Notes: generated by a model from the letters alone, not told the origin. DNA of 63,932 nucleotides, filler included, from Stramenopiles sp. TOSAG23-3 (GCA_900128585.1; 57 parts of 57 records of this genome joined end to end with filler, not necessarily neighbours in it); one strand, 5' to 3'. Positions 10,976-23,627 are shown, numbered from the whole stretch's first letter. Program-made: numbers and translations.

Positions 10976-11227
10976 ATGGGATTCGTGGACGGTATTGTTT
11001 GTGCGTTGCTGGCTCCCTTGATTATGGCGACTGGGTTCGTAATATGGGACAAACTTTGGACTGGCTCTGCAATTTTGTTAAACATTTACAAATCAACCTT
11101 TGCTTCTATTCTTTTTCTCGTCGTTGCAATATTTCATAGAAACGTGTTGGCCAACGAGTTCGTTGAGTTCGACCTTGCTAGCGTTATGTTTTTGATTTTG
11201 TCCTCCGTTATTGGAATAGCTGTAGGG
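10976..11227 (+). CDS. DMT/EamA-like membrane transporter, N-terminal fragment
   Basis: Three TM helices; LN..K..FAS and LILSSVIGIAVG pattern. Confidence 0.65.
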
Positions 11228-11548
11228 GANNNNNNNNNNNNNNNNNNNNNNNNNNNNNNNNNNNNNNNNNNNNTTAATTAATTAANNNNNNNNNNNNNNN
11301 NNNNNNNNNNNNNNNNNNNNNNNNNNNNNCATTCCGTTAAATTTACGAATGAAGAAGAAGATATCGGTTGCTCTTTGTTTTGCCCTTTGTTGGTTAATAT
11401 TTTGGAGGATTGTTTTGAATCTTTCATCTCCCTTTTTTCGGTAGTTACTGTTGTATCATTATCGAAGGACGTGGTCGAGTGAGCGACCGATTGATTGCAT
11501 TCGTGATTTTTTGACGTTTCCAAAGGGATACTAGAGTAGTTCCAGTGG

Positions 11549-12304
11549 ATGGTGGGGTTCATTATGGCTCGATCGATGCGGGCAACTGTTCTTGCAGTTG
11601 CTCTGCTGTGGTTGGTATTTATCCAGGCTGTCCATAGCCAACCGAAAAGATTTACGGCAGCAGCACAACAGCTTAAATCTATCGGAAACAGATTTACGAT
11701 CGAGTTTTCCCTGACCACAACAGCGACCAACTCGGTCCAATTATCAATAAGAGACGTGGGAGTACTTGGGTCCCCGAAAGTGTACGTTACCTTGGCCGAT
11801 AAATTTAAAGTTGGTAACACGGAACACACGGCCGTCATAGATTTGCTTAACATCGACACCAACCCGGATACAGTTAGCATCGACTCCACCGACCTGTCGC
11901 TGGTGCACCAGAATCGATACGTTTTCTTTTTGGAGTCCACTGGATTCATTAATGGACTTCTGGGGGTTCCGGAAGCTGACCTTCTTACCGAACCTATTAC
12001 GCTGTTGAAGCCGGCGTCCAATACCGTTTTGCCGGAAAGTTTTGAACTGAGGTTTTCTAAAAATGAGCTCGCTGCCCCTGGAACAATTAAAGCAAATTTC
12101 ACAAGGACAGGCGGCGAAATAGATCCATACCACAGCCGCATTGTTACGTTTCAAACCAACTTCGACAATGAGGGTCTGTCGTTAATTTTATCGTTTGAGC
12201 CTTTTGACGTGGCCGCACTCTTCATGGACGAAGTTTTGAGCGTAACCCCCCCCCAAAAGTTAGTCACCAATGCTATTTACTGTTATCCGTGTCAAACCGC
12301 ATGA
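11549..12304 (+). CDS. Hypothetical secreted protein (3' end uncertain)
   Basis: Signal-like MRATVLAVALLWLVFIQAVHS; beta-rich composition. Confidence 0.55.
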   Translation: MVGFIMARSMRATVLAVALLWLVFIQAVHSQPKRFTAAAQQLKSIGNRFTIEFSLTTTATNSVQLSIRDVGVLGSPKVYVTLADKFKVGNTEHTAVIDLLNIDTNPDTVSIDSTDLSLVHQNRYVFFLESTGFINGLLGVPEADLLTEPITLLKPASNTVLPESFELRFSKNELAAPGTIKANFTRTGGEIDPYHSRIVTFQTNFDNEGLSLILSFEPFDVAALFMDEVLSVTPPQKLVTNAIYCYPCQTA

Positions 12305-12458
12305 ACAAGGCATTCACTTCGTCCGTCGTCAGCTTGAGGTCGAAGCGGCGCTTTAGGANNNNNNNNNNNNNNNNNNNNNNNNNNNNNNNNNNNNNNNNNN
12401 NNTTAATTAATTAANNNNNNNNNNNNNNNNNNNNNNNNNNNNNNNNNNNNNNNNNNNN

Positions 12459-13487
12459 GCACAAGAAAGTGTTGGAAGCTACACGGTCGAGATTTCTTTA
12501 AATGGCGCCGATTTTACCAATGATGGTGTTTTTTTTCATTACAGTGATCCTGCACAAGTTCTTTCAATCGAACCTGCTACAGGGTCTATTGATGGAGGGA
12601 CTACCGTTAGTATAAATGGGCGCAACTTCAATCAAAGTGGCGCCCATTTATGTCGTTTCGGTGATAACACCCCCCCTGTTCCAGCAAATTTTGTGTCATC
12701 GTCAAAGATAGTGTGTTTATCGCCTTCTAATGAACCAGGTGCTTCTACTGTGGAGGTATCGGATAATGGCGCTGATTACACGACCAGCTTTGTGCAATTT
12801 ACATATCGATTGCCAATTAGAGTCTCATCTGTTTATCCATCGTCTGGACCAGAGACCGGGAATACCGTAGTACGTGTCGTTGGCGCAAATTTTGCGGACG
12901 TCATAGACCTTCGGTGCAGTTTCGAAGGGGAAGGCGAAATCGGCACAAGCGCAAATGCTTCTTATGTAAGCTCGGGTTTGCTTGAGTGTATCAGTCCAGG
13001 CTTAGTGCCAGGGAAATATTCCATACGGATATCGGGTAATGGGGTCGACTTTTCAAAAGAATATGCTTATTTTTCAGTGTACCCATTGCCATTCGTCGAT
13101 AGCATCAGCCCGTCGCGAGGAATATCTAAAGGTGGCACCATGGTAACTGTTCGGGGAGGCAATTTCATATTTTCCGCTGGGCTGGGCTGTTGGTTTGACA
13201 CTGTTCTTGTATCGGCGTCGTACGCGAGTAACAATGAGATATCTTGCTTTAGCCCTGCACATGACATAGGTCTATCTGCTTTCTCCATTACAAACAATGG
13301 TATTGACCGAACAGAAGATGGTCTTCAATTTGAGTATGCTCTGCTTCCCATCGTCTCTGGTATCACTCCTAAGAGTGGGCCTGTTGGGTCTCAAACTGTA
13401 CTTACTGTGACTGGTAGTGGATTTATCAGCGGGAGTACGTGGTGCCGTTTTGGTGCATCGGAGATAATACAAGCAAATGTAATATCA
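12459..13487 (+). CDS. IPT/TIG-domain repeat surface protein (internal fragment)
   Basis: Repeated V.SI.P.SG...GGT.V.V.G.NF....L.C.F / VEVS.NG.DF units; frame open from contig start. Confidence 0.92.
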
Positions 13488-14376
13488 NNNNNNNNNNNNN
13501 NNNNNNNNNNNNNNNNNNNNNNNNNNNNNNNTTAATTAATTAANNNNNNNNNNNNNNNNNNNNNNNNNNNNNNNNNNNNNNNNNNNNACCTATCACAGTT
13601 GAATCTCGAAGCAAGCAACCTTGTGTTTTTGGGAACGCTATGCGCTGATGGAGGAGCTGATCTGCTGGTGGTCAAAACGGGCAGCGATTGTATGTTTGCC
13701 ATATTATCATCATTATTCGTACGTTAACGCCGTACAGTAGTAGACTTCCTCGTCCTCGCGAGGTGATGAATACGTAAAAAATGCAAGGTTGGAATAAATT
13801 ACGAATGGGTGGCATAGTGTGCCACCCGCTCGGCTAAATAAATCAAAGTTTTATGATATTCTTCAAAAGATTCTTCACAGATTAATTTAAAAAAGATTTA
13901 CGATTTACGTATATGCAGCGTATATTCTATGTATGTATATTCCAAGATTTTTTCGCTGAATTAATCAAGTTTTGGGTTGCCTATACTACCATACCAGGTA
14001 CCAGGTACCAGGTATCCATGATCCTTTTTGGAATTTTTCAAACTGAAAAATTCAGGAAAAAGTGTCAGGAAGCCATAAAAAAAGGGATGATTCTTTCATT
14101 GTTTGCCATCATAAAATTATCTGCCGGTATTGCCATATTGCACAATGGCTGCAGTGTACACATGCCGGTACACGACAATAATTTTGGGTCTTTATATTCA
14201 TGCAAAGTCTTTCTAAACGATGGTTTGGTGTATTTGGCTAAAGTCTCTGGATAAAATCTCGTTGAAACCTGAAAACTTATAGCTATTCTTCACCCCTTCA
14301 GCACGTTCTCGGACTTTTTTTATACAGCTGTAATTTACAGTAAATTGGTCATCAAAAGACAACACTATACAGGTAC

Positions 14377-14616
14377 ATGTATCGCAGATCGCAGTTCGTT
14401 ACTTCCTTTTACTACCTCTCCGGTGTACTACGCTATTCTACCTCGCCGTCCTCACCGACCACCGATGATTACGTCGATACTGTAATGACATTCGTGTTAT
14501 GGATCACACTCTTTGGGCTGTTAATCTTTGTTATTTTCAACGAATTTACAAACCCAGAAAACATGTCTGTCGCCTTCTGCCCCGCGACTAGGGATAAGTA
14601 TTGCAACAACTACTAT
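14377..14616 (+). CDS. Possible small single-TM protein (5' part)
   Basis: ATG after AT-rich region; TM stretch VMTFVLWITLFGLLIFVIF. Confidence 0.35.
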
Positions 14617-14716
14617 NNNNNNNNNNNNNNNNNNNNNNNNNNNNNNNNNNNNNNNNNNNNTTAATTAATTAANNNNNNNNNNNNNNNNNNNNNNNNNNNN
14701 NNNNNNNNNNNNNNNN

Positions 14717-15278
14717 AACCTGGGATATCTTCATGCTCAACCATACGTTCATCATATACTAATCCAGTCACTATTCCTGGATTATTACTAGTATTTCCTT
14801 TTTTACATATTAATTTTTCACATTGTCGATCTGTACATAAAATTGCTTTTGTATTCCATGCTTCATCATAATCAGTATCATCATTTGTAGTAGTATTGAT
14901 AATAAGTTCTTCCAGTTCTTCGTGATTTTTTAGCTCTGTTGTGTTTTTCCATTTCTGAAAAGCTTCAATAAATTCTTTCTTTTTATTTTCCGTGCTGGGG
15001 AACTCTTTCTGTTTAACTATAGACTCTAGCATTGATAATTTCGAACGTGCTGTTGTCGATGTAAAATTTGGCAAAAAAATATGATCAGCTTTAGGGCAAC
15101 AACGGCACATTGTAGGCTCATCTTCAAATAACGGAGCCTCTTGTTTGGAATTGACAGCTCTTCCATAATTAATTAATAATGCATCTTTATTCTTTTTTTC
15201 ATTTACATATAATTTTCTACATGATAAGGTCCAATCATATTGTTCTTCTGGTGTTGCCTTTGCTATTGATTGTCCCAT
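14717..15278 (-). CDS. Probable class II histone deacetylase-like protein, N-terminal fragment
   Basis: TGLVYDERMVEH at the truncated end matches the start of HDAC6/10/Hda1 catalytic domains; catalytic residues lie beyond the contig. Confidence 0.6.
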
Positions 15279-17100
15279 ATTGTTGATACTGTTTTCAAAG
15301 AAATATTAGTGTTGTATTTATCTATTTATATATTGTATATTGTTACATCAGTTTGTGTGTATATAATTGCTATATCTCTCTCTATATATCCTATATTAAT
15401 AATATATAAAATACAACCAAAATGGTAATGGTGTGTCAGCCTAAATCTAAAAAGTGCGCATGCATCATTCTTCTTCTTCTTCATCATTGTAAATTTATAT
15501 ATAATAATTATACATGTACATTTTAATATTTGCTGTGAAAGAAGTATATAGAAGAAAAAAGAATTTGTAAGGAAATATATAACAATACAAGATATTCTTC
15601 ATGATACAATTATTATTAACATCATCATGGCATCCTCCTTCTCGTCCTCCTCTTCCTCTTTTTCGAAAATAAACAATACGCCTTTAAATAGTTCCACTTC
15701 CTCTACCGCCATTATCACTACTAAAAAAAAGAAACGCAAAGGANNNNNNNNNNNNNNNNNNNNNNNNNNNNNNNNNNNNNNNNNNNNTTAATTAATTAAN
15801 NNNNNNNNNNNNNNNNNNNNNNNNNNNNNNNNNNNNNNNNNNNGTAAAAGTTGAAGAACAGCCGGGATTCGAACTGCGAGAGGAATTAGAGAAACAAAAC
15901 ATCATCTGGATAAGCAAACCCGATTTAACGGGGTAGGCAAGGTTGCAGTTTATTAAGATAGGATGTACTTTATAAATACACACATGTTTATGTCATCTTT
16001 CGTAAATTGTAATTTTAACGATTTCGGGAGGAGTGGCGCTTTGGCCCCTCCTCTTCTGCTCTGGGAAAAATACGAGGAGTGTTATTTTTGAGGTGTGTCG
16101 TGTGGTGTAAAATTGTAAGCCGTAATTCGTAATTCCTACGTTACTACGAAGAGACTGGTTCATGCTACTAGTACAAAACGATAAGAATTTACATGTGTAC
16201 GGTGCGCGGTTGTGCCTTTTTTTAACCTCGTCCGGTCTCTCGTCTCTCCCAATGTAAGATGTATGATATACTATATATTTTGGTTCATATCATATGATAT
16301 ATCATCATATAATATGAATATGGAAATTAATTCAGAACACATTTTGTGCCAAAACGAAACATCCGGTCTCTTGGCAAGCATTTTCTTCATCTCTTCGCTT
16401 CTGCTGAAAAAAATTACGTTCGAACGAGTAGTTGCCAGGACATAAGTTAAGTAGGTTGCATTACGTTCTACCCTTCTTTATTTTAAAAACAAATTGTATA
16501 CACACCCTCTTTATTGTAAAATGCATTTCAACAGTTTTGTGCGGATAAAATAAATTTTATTTTGTTTATATACAGTCGCGCCCTTGGAACGCGATATCAT
16601 ATCTTACAATGGATTGCTTCACCCCGTTCGATCATTTACAGTTGCAAAAGAAAATATATATGGGGGGGGGGGACACGGGTGGCCGTGTGTCCTGGTAAGT
16701 GTCGCTTTTGCTTTTGCATACGCGTGGCGCTGCAATCAGTACGCGCCCGGGGTATCGAGCCTCTCCAATACAAAGGGGGAATTAGATCCTGGGCCACCAA
16801 AATTAAAGGTCATGTCCTCCGACTTCAACCGCTTCACGGCCGCCGGCAAGCCATTCCTACCAACCCTCGGNNNNNNNNNNNNNNNNNNNNNNNNNNNNNN
16901 NNNNNNNNNNNNNNTTAATTAATTAANNNNNNNNNNNNNNNNNNNNNNNNNNNNNNNNNNNNNNNNNNNNAATGCTTTAGAGACTATAGAGGTTTCGTAG
17001 TTGTTCAAATATTTAGTGTTATAATGAGGGTAATATTTTTATCCCCAGTGCACTGGCGTTCTATCCCCGTAATTGTGAAAAATGCAACCATCCAATTCGA

Positions 17101-17928
17101 ATGTTTGATTTAAGTCCCAAAGAAGCAGCCATTAGGCGACGATTAAAACTGACAAAGAACCCTCGCTGGGAGCGATTTAAACATGATGTACGCACGTACA
17201 TTTTTGGCGGCAGATACATGTACGAAGATGATTCATTAGACACGGTGGAAACATCGACCCAATCTAAAGTGATCAAGGCGTTGACAAAACCTGATAAAGC
17301 CGTAGGAGCACCAACCGTTGTAAAATTACCCCCTGCATGGGGGAAGTATCGTAAAAATAAGCTGCATCCTATCAGAGTGACAAACGAACAGATACCTGCC
17401 GCCCCTCCAGCAAAAGTGAATGATCCGCAACCTCCACCTGGGTTGCCTAAGGGCTGGGGCATCCCAAGTGAGAAGAGTGAGAAGTCATCAAAGGTCACAC
17501 CAATATCCAGCAAAATGCAACCTGGAAGCGGAAAGGGCAAAATGATGCGACAAAGCGAACATGCAGCTTTTCAAGGGTACAGTAAATTTACTCACGTCTC
17601 TTGCCCGGAAGGTCCGCCTCCAGCCACTAACCAGACAATGATGGGAAATTGGAAAATGCGCGTTTTGCTCCGGATGAGGTTTCAGGCTTTCAAATCTAGA
17701 TGCTTGCAGATTTTATTTTGGATACTGCTGGTCACGTACCCGTCAATAAGCCGGAAAATTCTTATGCTCTTTAAATGTGTTGAAATAGGAAACCAGCATT
17801 ACATGATGTGGGATACAAAAATTAAGTGCTACACTTTTGAGTGGACGTTGAATGCTGTGTACGCCATTGTATTTACCTTCGTCTACATATTTGGAGTCCC
17901 GGCACTTTTTTTTTCGCTACTCCACTAG
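17101..17928 (+). CDS. Multi-pass TM protein exon (protist 7TM/TRP-like C-terminal family)
   Basis: LLVTYPSISRKILMLFKC...IKCYT.EW...VYIFGVP motif; the apparent TAG probably overlaps a GT donor. Confidence 0.7.
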   Translation: MFDLSPKEAAIRRRLKLTKNPRWERFKHDVRTYIFGGRYMYEDDSLDTVETSTQSKVIKALTKPDKAVGAPTVVKLPPAWGKYRKNKLHPIRVTNEQIPAAPPAKVNDPQPPPGLPKGWGIPSEKSEKSSKVTPISSKMQPGSGKGKMMRQSEHAAFQGYSKFTHVSCPEGPPPATNQTMMGNWKMRVLLRMRFQAFKSRCLQILFWILLVTYPSISRKILMLFKCVEIGNQHYMMWDTKIKCYTFEWTLNAVYAIVFTFVYIFGVPALFFSLLH

Positions 17929-18097
17929 TTTGATGCAAAATTAATTCCTGAACATTTGTTTTGCTTTTCCACATTCGAAATTCATAGCTAATATTATNNN
18001 NNNNNNNNNNNNNNNNNNNNNNNNNNNNNNNNNNNNNNNNNTTAATTAATTAANNNNNNNNNNNNNNNNNNNNNNNNNNNNNNNNNNNNNNNNNNNN

Positions 18098-19123
18098 CCA
18101 AGGGAACTAAAAGTAGCAACGCCAAACCCCGTTTTCTATCACTTCTCTCTCTCTCTCCCTCCCTATCAATGTACATAATAGCAGGAGGGGTCAATTATTT
18201 CTACATCCTATTGTCTTACACATCGACACAGCGTGCGAGCAACAATCTCACTCCCGCTGTGCTGAGAGCTGAGAGCTGATTAAGGATATACGCCTATAAT
18301 GATTATATAATAAATTATCTAAACCCATTTATAGATGATACAATGGCCTTATGATTAAAAAGGGTTTCATACCGTTATCCCTATACACACATATCCTTAA
18401 TTATGGCTTATTTTGTCTTTCCAGCCCAATTCGAGAGGATGGATGGCCATGGAGAAAGAAGGAAGAATTTTAATAAAGTTTACAATAATTTACTTCGATC
18501 TACACAACAACACACAAAAAATAAATTTTTTTTATTTAAAAATCGAAGAAGAATCTCTGCTATTTTTTTACAGTATAAATAGCATTAAAAAAAGGTGGTC
18601 ACTTTTTTGTTTATTTTTTTTTTGTTTTTTGTTGTAAACTTTAAAATTATTAATTACAGTATAATAGCATTGAAAAAAGAAGGCCACTTCTTCTTCTTTG
18701 TTTTTTTTTTTTTTTTATTAATAAAAAAATTGATGGGTAATATTGGACTTGATTTATTAAGGGTATGTGACTATTCAACAAAGTAATTATCACTATATAT
18801 TCTATATTATAAATACTATAAGTAGGGATATGTTTTCCATAAATATATCTATTATCCTTAATATTAATTTTATTAATTATTGGTGGAGATCGATAGAAGA
18901 AAAAAAGAAGGAGAAGAAGAAAGAAGAAAAAAGAAAGAAAGAAAGAAAAGGTATCTTCTGCTCTAGAAAGAAGGCGACTAATGTGGCTGCATGAACAAAG
19001 GATTGATTGTATTAAGAAATGGAAAAAGGGTCTTTTCAACGATAATGTACATTGATAGGGAGGGAGAGAGAGAGAGAAGTGATAGAAAACGGGGTTTGGC
19101 GTTGCTACTTTTAGTTCCCTTGG
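18098..19123. repeat. Non-coding contig bounded by perfect 79-bp inverted repeats
   Basis: 18098-18176 is the exact reverse complement of 19045-19123. Confidence 0.92.
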
Positions 19124-19225
19124 NNNNNNNNNNNNNNNNNNNNNNNNNNNNNNNNNNNNNNNNNNNNTTAATTAATTAANNNNNNNNNNNNNNNNNNNNN
19201 NNNNNNNNNNNNNNNNNNNNNNNAT

Positions 19226-20248
19226 ACTGGTTGGGCACTGACGGAGGCGTTTAATGGTCAGTTTTCATTCAGGGAGAAAATTTCCTCGCGTATACAAAAT
19301 TACTCTGGCGACACTTATTACAATGCTAGGAAGAGTTTTTTATCTATTGCTTATCAATATGAAACGAGTAAGGTAACGAGTTTTGTCCTTCAAGATAAAG
19401 AGCAGACGTGTGCAGTTGCCCTGTCCGTTATTGCCCTCCCAGTATTTCTCAAAAAGAAGGAAGTTTTGAGCGATATTGATAAGTTAAAAATTGGAATTCC
19501 TTGCATTTTCCGACAAAACAAAAGGGATAATTTGGATCCAAACGATCCTGATTTAAAAAAGTGGATTTGTTTAGCGCAAATCCACTCTTCAAAAATGGCA
19601 CAAATTACTTGCACACCAGAGGAACAAGAATTAATATTAATCCATCTTCGTTACAATGCCTCCAAGTTAAGCGAATCATGTCGGGATCGTTTTATGAAAA
19701 TGGAAAATTACATTAATACGTTTACATTTTCATATGTATCGCCAATGTTTGAGAACCCAGTTGCAAAAGCAAACGTTGCAAAAGCAAACGAAGCACAAAT
19801 ATGCCCAAAGTGTGGTGTAAACGAGGCATCATTGACTTGCTCACGCTGTAAAATACAAAATTATTGTTCCAAAGCCTGTCAGAAAAGGGACTGGAAGGAG
19901 CACAAACAAATCTGTCGAAAACCGGAGTCGAAACTTGACAATTCTGATTATATCGATGTTGATGTTGGAAAAATCGATCCAAGGTTTGAAAGCTTTCATA
20001 GTATAGATGTGTCTTATGACGCAAATGCGATAGGGTTAAAGAAAATGAGCAAGGGAAAGAAAATGTCAAAGATAGGTAAGAGGGCAATGAAGATGTCGAA
20101 AGATGCGATGTTTTTAGTCAAAGTACAGATCAACACTCAAGGAGACCCTTTTGCAATGCCAATAATGGTGTATGACAAAAACAGGAAAGTACAGGCCTAT
20201 GTTACCATGGCAAATGCCTTGGGCGGCGTGGGTAAGCTGGTGAATGGA
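19226..20248 (+). CDS. MYND zinc-finger protein (fragment)
   Basis: CPKC...CSRC....YCSKACQKRDWKEHKQIC; downstream FLVKVQ...IMVYDKNR. Confidence 0.88.
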
Positions 20249-20350
20249 GNNNNNNNNNNNNNNNNNNNNNNNNNNNNNNNNNNNNNNNNNNNNTTAATTA
20301 ATTAANNNNNNNNNNNNNNNNNNNNNNNNNNNNNNNNNNNNNNNNNNNNT

Positions 20351-20461
20351 ATAACCTTTGCCAATGTAGTCAATATTTTTCATGATCCTTGGTGCTGCCG
20401 TGACGGACACAGCGAGCACGCAGCAGAGGAAACATACGCGGACAACGTTCATGGTTGCCAT
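20351..20461 (-). CDS. Secreted protein start, probably MACPF/perforin-like
   Basis: Signal peptide followed by NIDYIGKGY, matching the (I/L)DYLGxGY motif at the start of MACPF domains; only 37 codons visible. Confidence 0.5.
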
Positions 20462-21079
20462 GATGTTGGTGTTCCGTTTGTTGTGTAAATGTCGGTAAGG
20501 AAATTGAGAATGAACGATTGAATTTGTGTGTTTTGGCATTCGATAGCTGCTTGAATATCAATCCATTGGGTGTGCGCAAAAGGGTCAGTGCGAGTGTGCG
20601 GGAGAAGGGATTTCTGGACATAGGCAGGAAACAGGAAGATCCGCCATGGTGGCGGGTCTTTCTGAGTAATCATCTCAACAATAATCAATTTACCGCTGCT
20701 GAGAATAGCTAAAAAGGAAAAACAAGGAATAACAGGATAATGGATAACAGGGAAATACGCAATAGAAAATATTTATCCAGTTATCTTTTGTCTAGCTTTC
20801 TTCTCCGGTGTTATTATGTACATCACACAACATTGGCTTTTATTGGAATATTGTTCGTATTTTACAGGTACCCGTACCTACGGTACCGTAAGTAATAGAC
20901 GACGCACAGACGACGCAACTGCGTACTATCTGCAACAACAACAAAATTTATTATTCTTAATAAACAAACTAGACCGACTAATATATTTTATTAGTGGTCT
21001 ACAAATATCTCGTCGATAAATTATTTATTAGATGAGTAGTGTTATATATAAGTTGCCACAATCATCGGTTTGTAATGTA

Positions 21080-21373
21080 TTAATTTCCAGCTTGAAAACA
21101 TGGGCGGCAACATTGAATTGTATCAACAGCATATCGGTTAGAGTCATCATCATCATATGTGTATAGGCCTTGAATTACAAAGCCGGGCTGTTGGCACAGT
21201 TCAGCGCCACACGTTCTCCCATCTCCCGACGGACAGGGAGCCTTAGGACCGTAATGCAGTTCTTCATAACAATCACACATTCCCATTTGGTAATTCGCTA
21301 GTTCTGCGGCAGGAAATGACATGTTATTCGCCGCAGCATATGCACTCACTGCTTTCAAAACATTATCCCTCCT
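21080..21373 (-). CDS. Cys-rich protein, C-terminal fragment
   Basis: Open from contig end to TAA; CDC...C...C...C...GFVIQGL...IQCCRPC. Confidence 0.6.
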   Translation of the reverse strand, partial: RRDNVLKAVSAYAAANNMSFPAAELANYQMGMCDCYEELHYGPKAPCPSGDGRTCGAELCQQPGFVIQGLYTYDDDDSNRYAVDTIQCCRPCFQAGN

Positions 21374-21475
21374 TGNNNNNNNNNNNNNNNNNNNNNNNNN
21401 NNNNNNNNNNNNNNNNNNNTTAATTAATTAANNNNNNNNNNNNNNNNNNNNNNNNNNNNNNNNNNNNNNNNNNNN

Positions 21476-22501
21476 CGGGGAATGAAACGCGTGTCCGACC
21501 GCGCAAAGTGCCTTGTATGCTTCTGCCAAGAAAGGCAATACAGCAAGCAGTTGACCCAGTCCGAGTACGACCGCCTATGGGATGGCGGGGAATTTGAGCT
21601 TCCTGCGCGGTACGGGGCACTGCAAATGGTGTTCTGGGTGACAATGATGTACGGCTCTGGCCTTCCAGTTCTGTACCCGCTTGCTTTCTTGTTCTTTTTC
21701 ATGGCATTCTGGGTAGACAAGTGGGCAATCACAAAACTGTACAACGCTCCTGCCCAATCGGATGGTAAGTTGGGGACAGCGGTAACCCATTCAATGATTT
21801 ACGGGGTCCTGGCGCACGGCATATTGGCAACCTGGAAGTATTCAAACACGCGCATCTTTGAAGGAGTTGATATCATCTCTAAGGTGCAGGAAATGGCCGG
21901 TATCGACACCAGCATGGTTGATGACGTCTCCCAAATGATCGCCTGTGGTGGCAATGGGTGGTCGTTGTCATTCTCGCGGGTCATGTTCGCCGTCCCTCAT
22001 GTGTTTATCATGTGCGCTGCGATGATCATATACTTAATATTCGCGCGGGGTATATTCCCAGTGTTTGGAACTGTGCTCATGGGTGTTTTTCCATGCTTCG
22101 AAGGCTGCTGCTCTAAGGCAGAGGAAGAGACAACGGAGGAATTCGACGACGTTACCCTGGTAGGCCCTGATTCTTACAACATAGCATCGAACCGCGAATA
22201 CGCAAAGGCCTTTGGATTGGATACGGGCGACAGCTCTTTGGCGTACAAAAATACTGTTGCAGAAGAGGCGAGCGACGAAGAATACGTTTCTGGCGAAGAG
22301 GATGCTGTGGAGGAAGGCGACGTCGAAATGGTGCTCGTTGATGATGGCAAAGAGGAAGAAGAATTTGAGGAAGCGGAAGAGGAAGACGAAGAATTCGAGG
22401 AGGGCGAAGAAGCCGAGGTGGGGGAAGAGGAAGTCGAGGCGGAGGGAGAGGAAGCCGAGGCGGAGGAGGAGGAAGAAGAAGCCGAGGCGGAGGAAGTCGA
22501 G
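21476..22501 (+). CDS. TMC/OSCA/TMEM16-superfamily channel-like protein, C-terminal fragment with acidic tail
   Basis: FELPARYG...VTMMYGSGLPVLYP...FWVDKW...Y..P..D motif; Glu-rich tail. Confidence 0.7.
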
Positions 22502-22601
22502 NNNNNNNNNNNNNNNNNNNNNNNNNNNNNNNNNNNNNNNNNNNNTTAATTAATTAANNNNNNNNNNNNNNNNNNNNNNNNNNNNNNNNNNNNNNNNNNN
22601 N

Positions 22602-23627
22602 CAGGGCAGTGTTCCCAAACCGATCTGCAGCCTCCACGTTTACGCCTCGACGAACCAGGCAGTGCATCGTTTCGGCACGGCGCTTGGCAACGACGCCGCC
22701 CTCGAACTCTCCCGGGGCGTTGCAGCACAGGTGAAGGGCGGTGGACCCGTCCCTGTCCTGCAACTCTAAATCTTGCGACGGCCTGAGCAAAAATTCGACC
22801 ACGTCGGGGTGGCCTTTGTTGGCAGCGCACATGAGGGCCGTCCGAGCGTCGACGTCTCGGGCGTGCAGCATGGCCCCCTTTGCCAGCAAGAGCTTTACGA
22901 CGTCCAAAAACCCCTCACTGGCAGCGATTGCAAGGGACGGGGCCCAGTCGTGGCAGGCTTCCAGGTCGGCGCCCTCCTTGATAAGCAATTTCACCGTGCC
23001 GATCTGGTTTCTTTTCGAGGCGGCCTGCAACGCGGTGAAGCCCCCGCTGTCGATGGAGTTGATGCTGATCCCAACCTCGTTCAGCAGAAAGAGCAGCCGG
23101 TCGTTGTCCCCGTTCTCTGCGGCCTCCGTGAATTCGTCGATGGCCGCCGACGCCTGGTTCACGGACGCCAGCGTCCGCTGGTTCTTCTGTATCACCGTGT
23201 GCGTCATCTCGGACCTCTGCGCAATGGAGACGAGGGACTTCGTTTTGGTAAAGTGCATGGGATCGCCCAGGAGCAAAAGGAGTTCGTGCTGCTGCTTGGT
23301 CAACTTTTCTACGTTTTCTCGTATCCTCGTTCGGCACACCTGCCGCTGCTCGGCCCTGTGGTCGGCTCGTTTGACTTCAAGGTACCGGTCGGCCTCGTTC
23401 CGGAGTTTCTGTATCTGGTCCCGCTGGCCCCAAATGATCCGGTTCATAAAGCTGCACGTGTCGGCCTCCCTCATGAAGTTCATGTCTATCTCCTTCTTCT
23501 TTGCCAAGCAATTGTTTTCTATGGTCGTCTTAAGCTTCTCTATGTCCGCCTTAAGGTCTTCTATGACCCCCCCACTGATACTATTTTGATGGGTCTCCGT
23601 CCGCAGCTTGTCTTTCAACTTTCCCAT
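22602..23627 (-). CDS. Coiled-coil + ankyrin-repeat protein (fragment)
   Basis: GFTALQAA, RTALMCAANKGHPDVVEFLL, GSTALHL, GNTAL. Confidence 0.9.

Noticed and set aside
16028..16053. Short hairpins (GAGGAG...CTCCTC; also 20641-20655 and 59388-59419) as terminators or ncRNAs
   Set aside because: Short isolated stems expected by chance; no family features.
17926..17928. Premature TAG in the TM protein (pseudogene)
   Set aside because: It overlaps a plausible GT donor (TA|GTTTGA) followed by AT-rich intron-like sequence with GCTAAT near the contig end.
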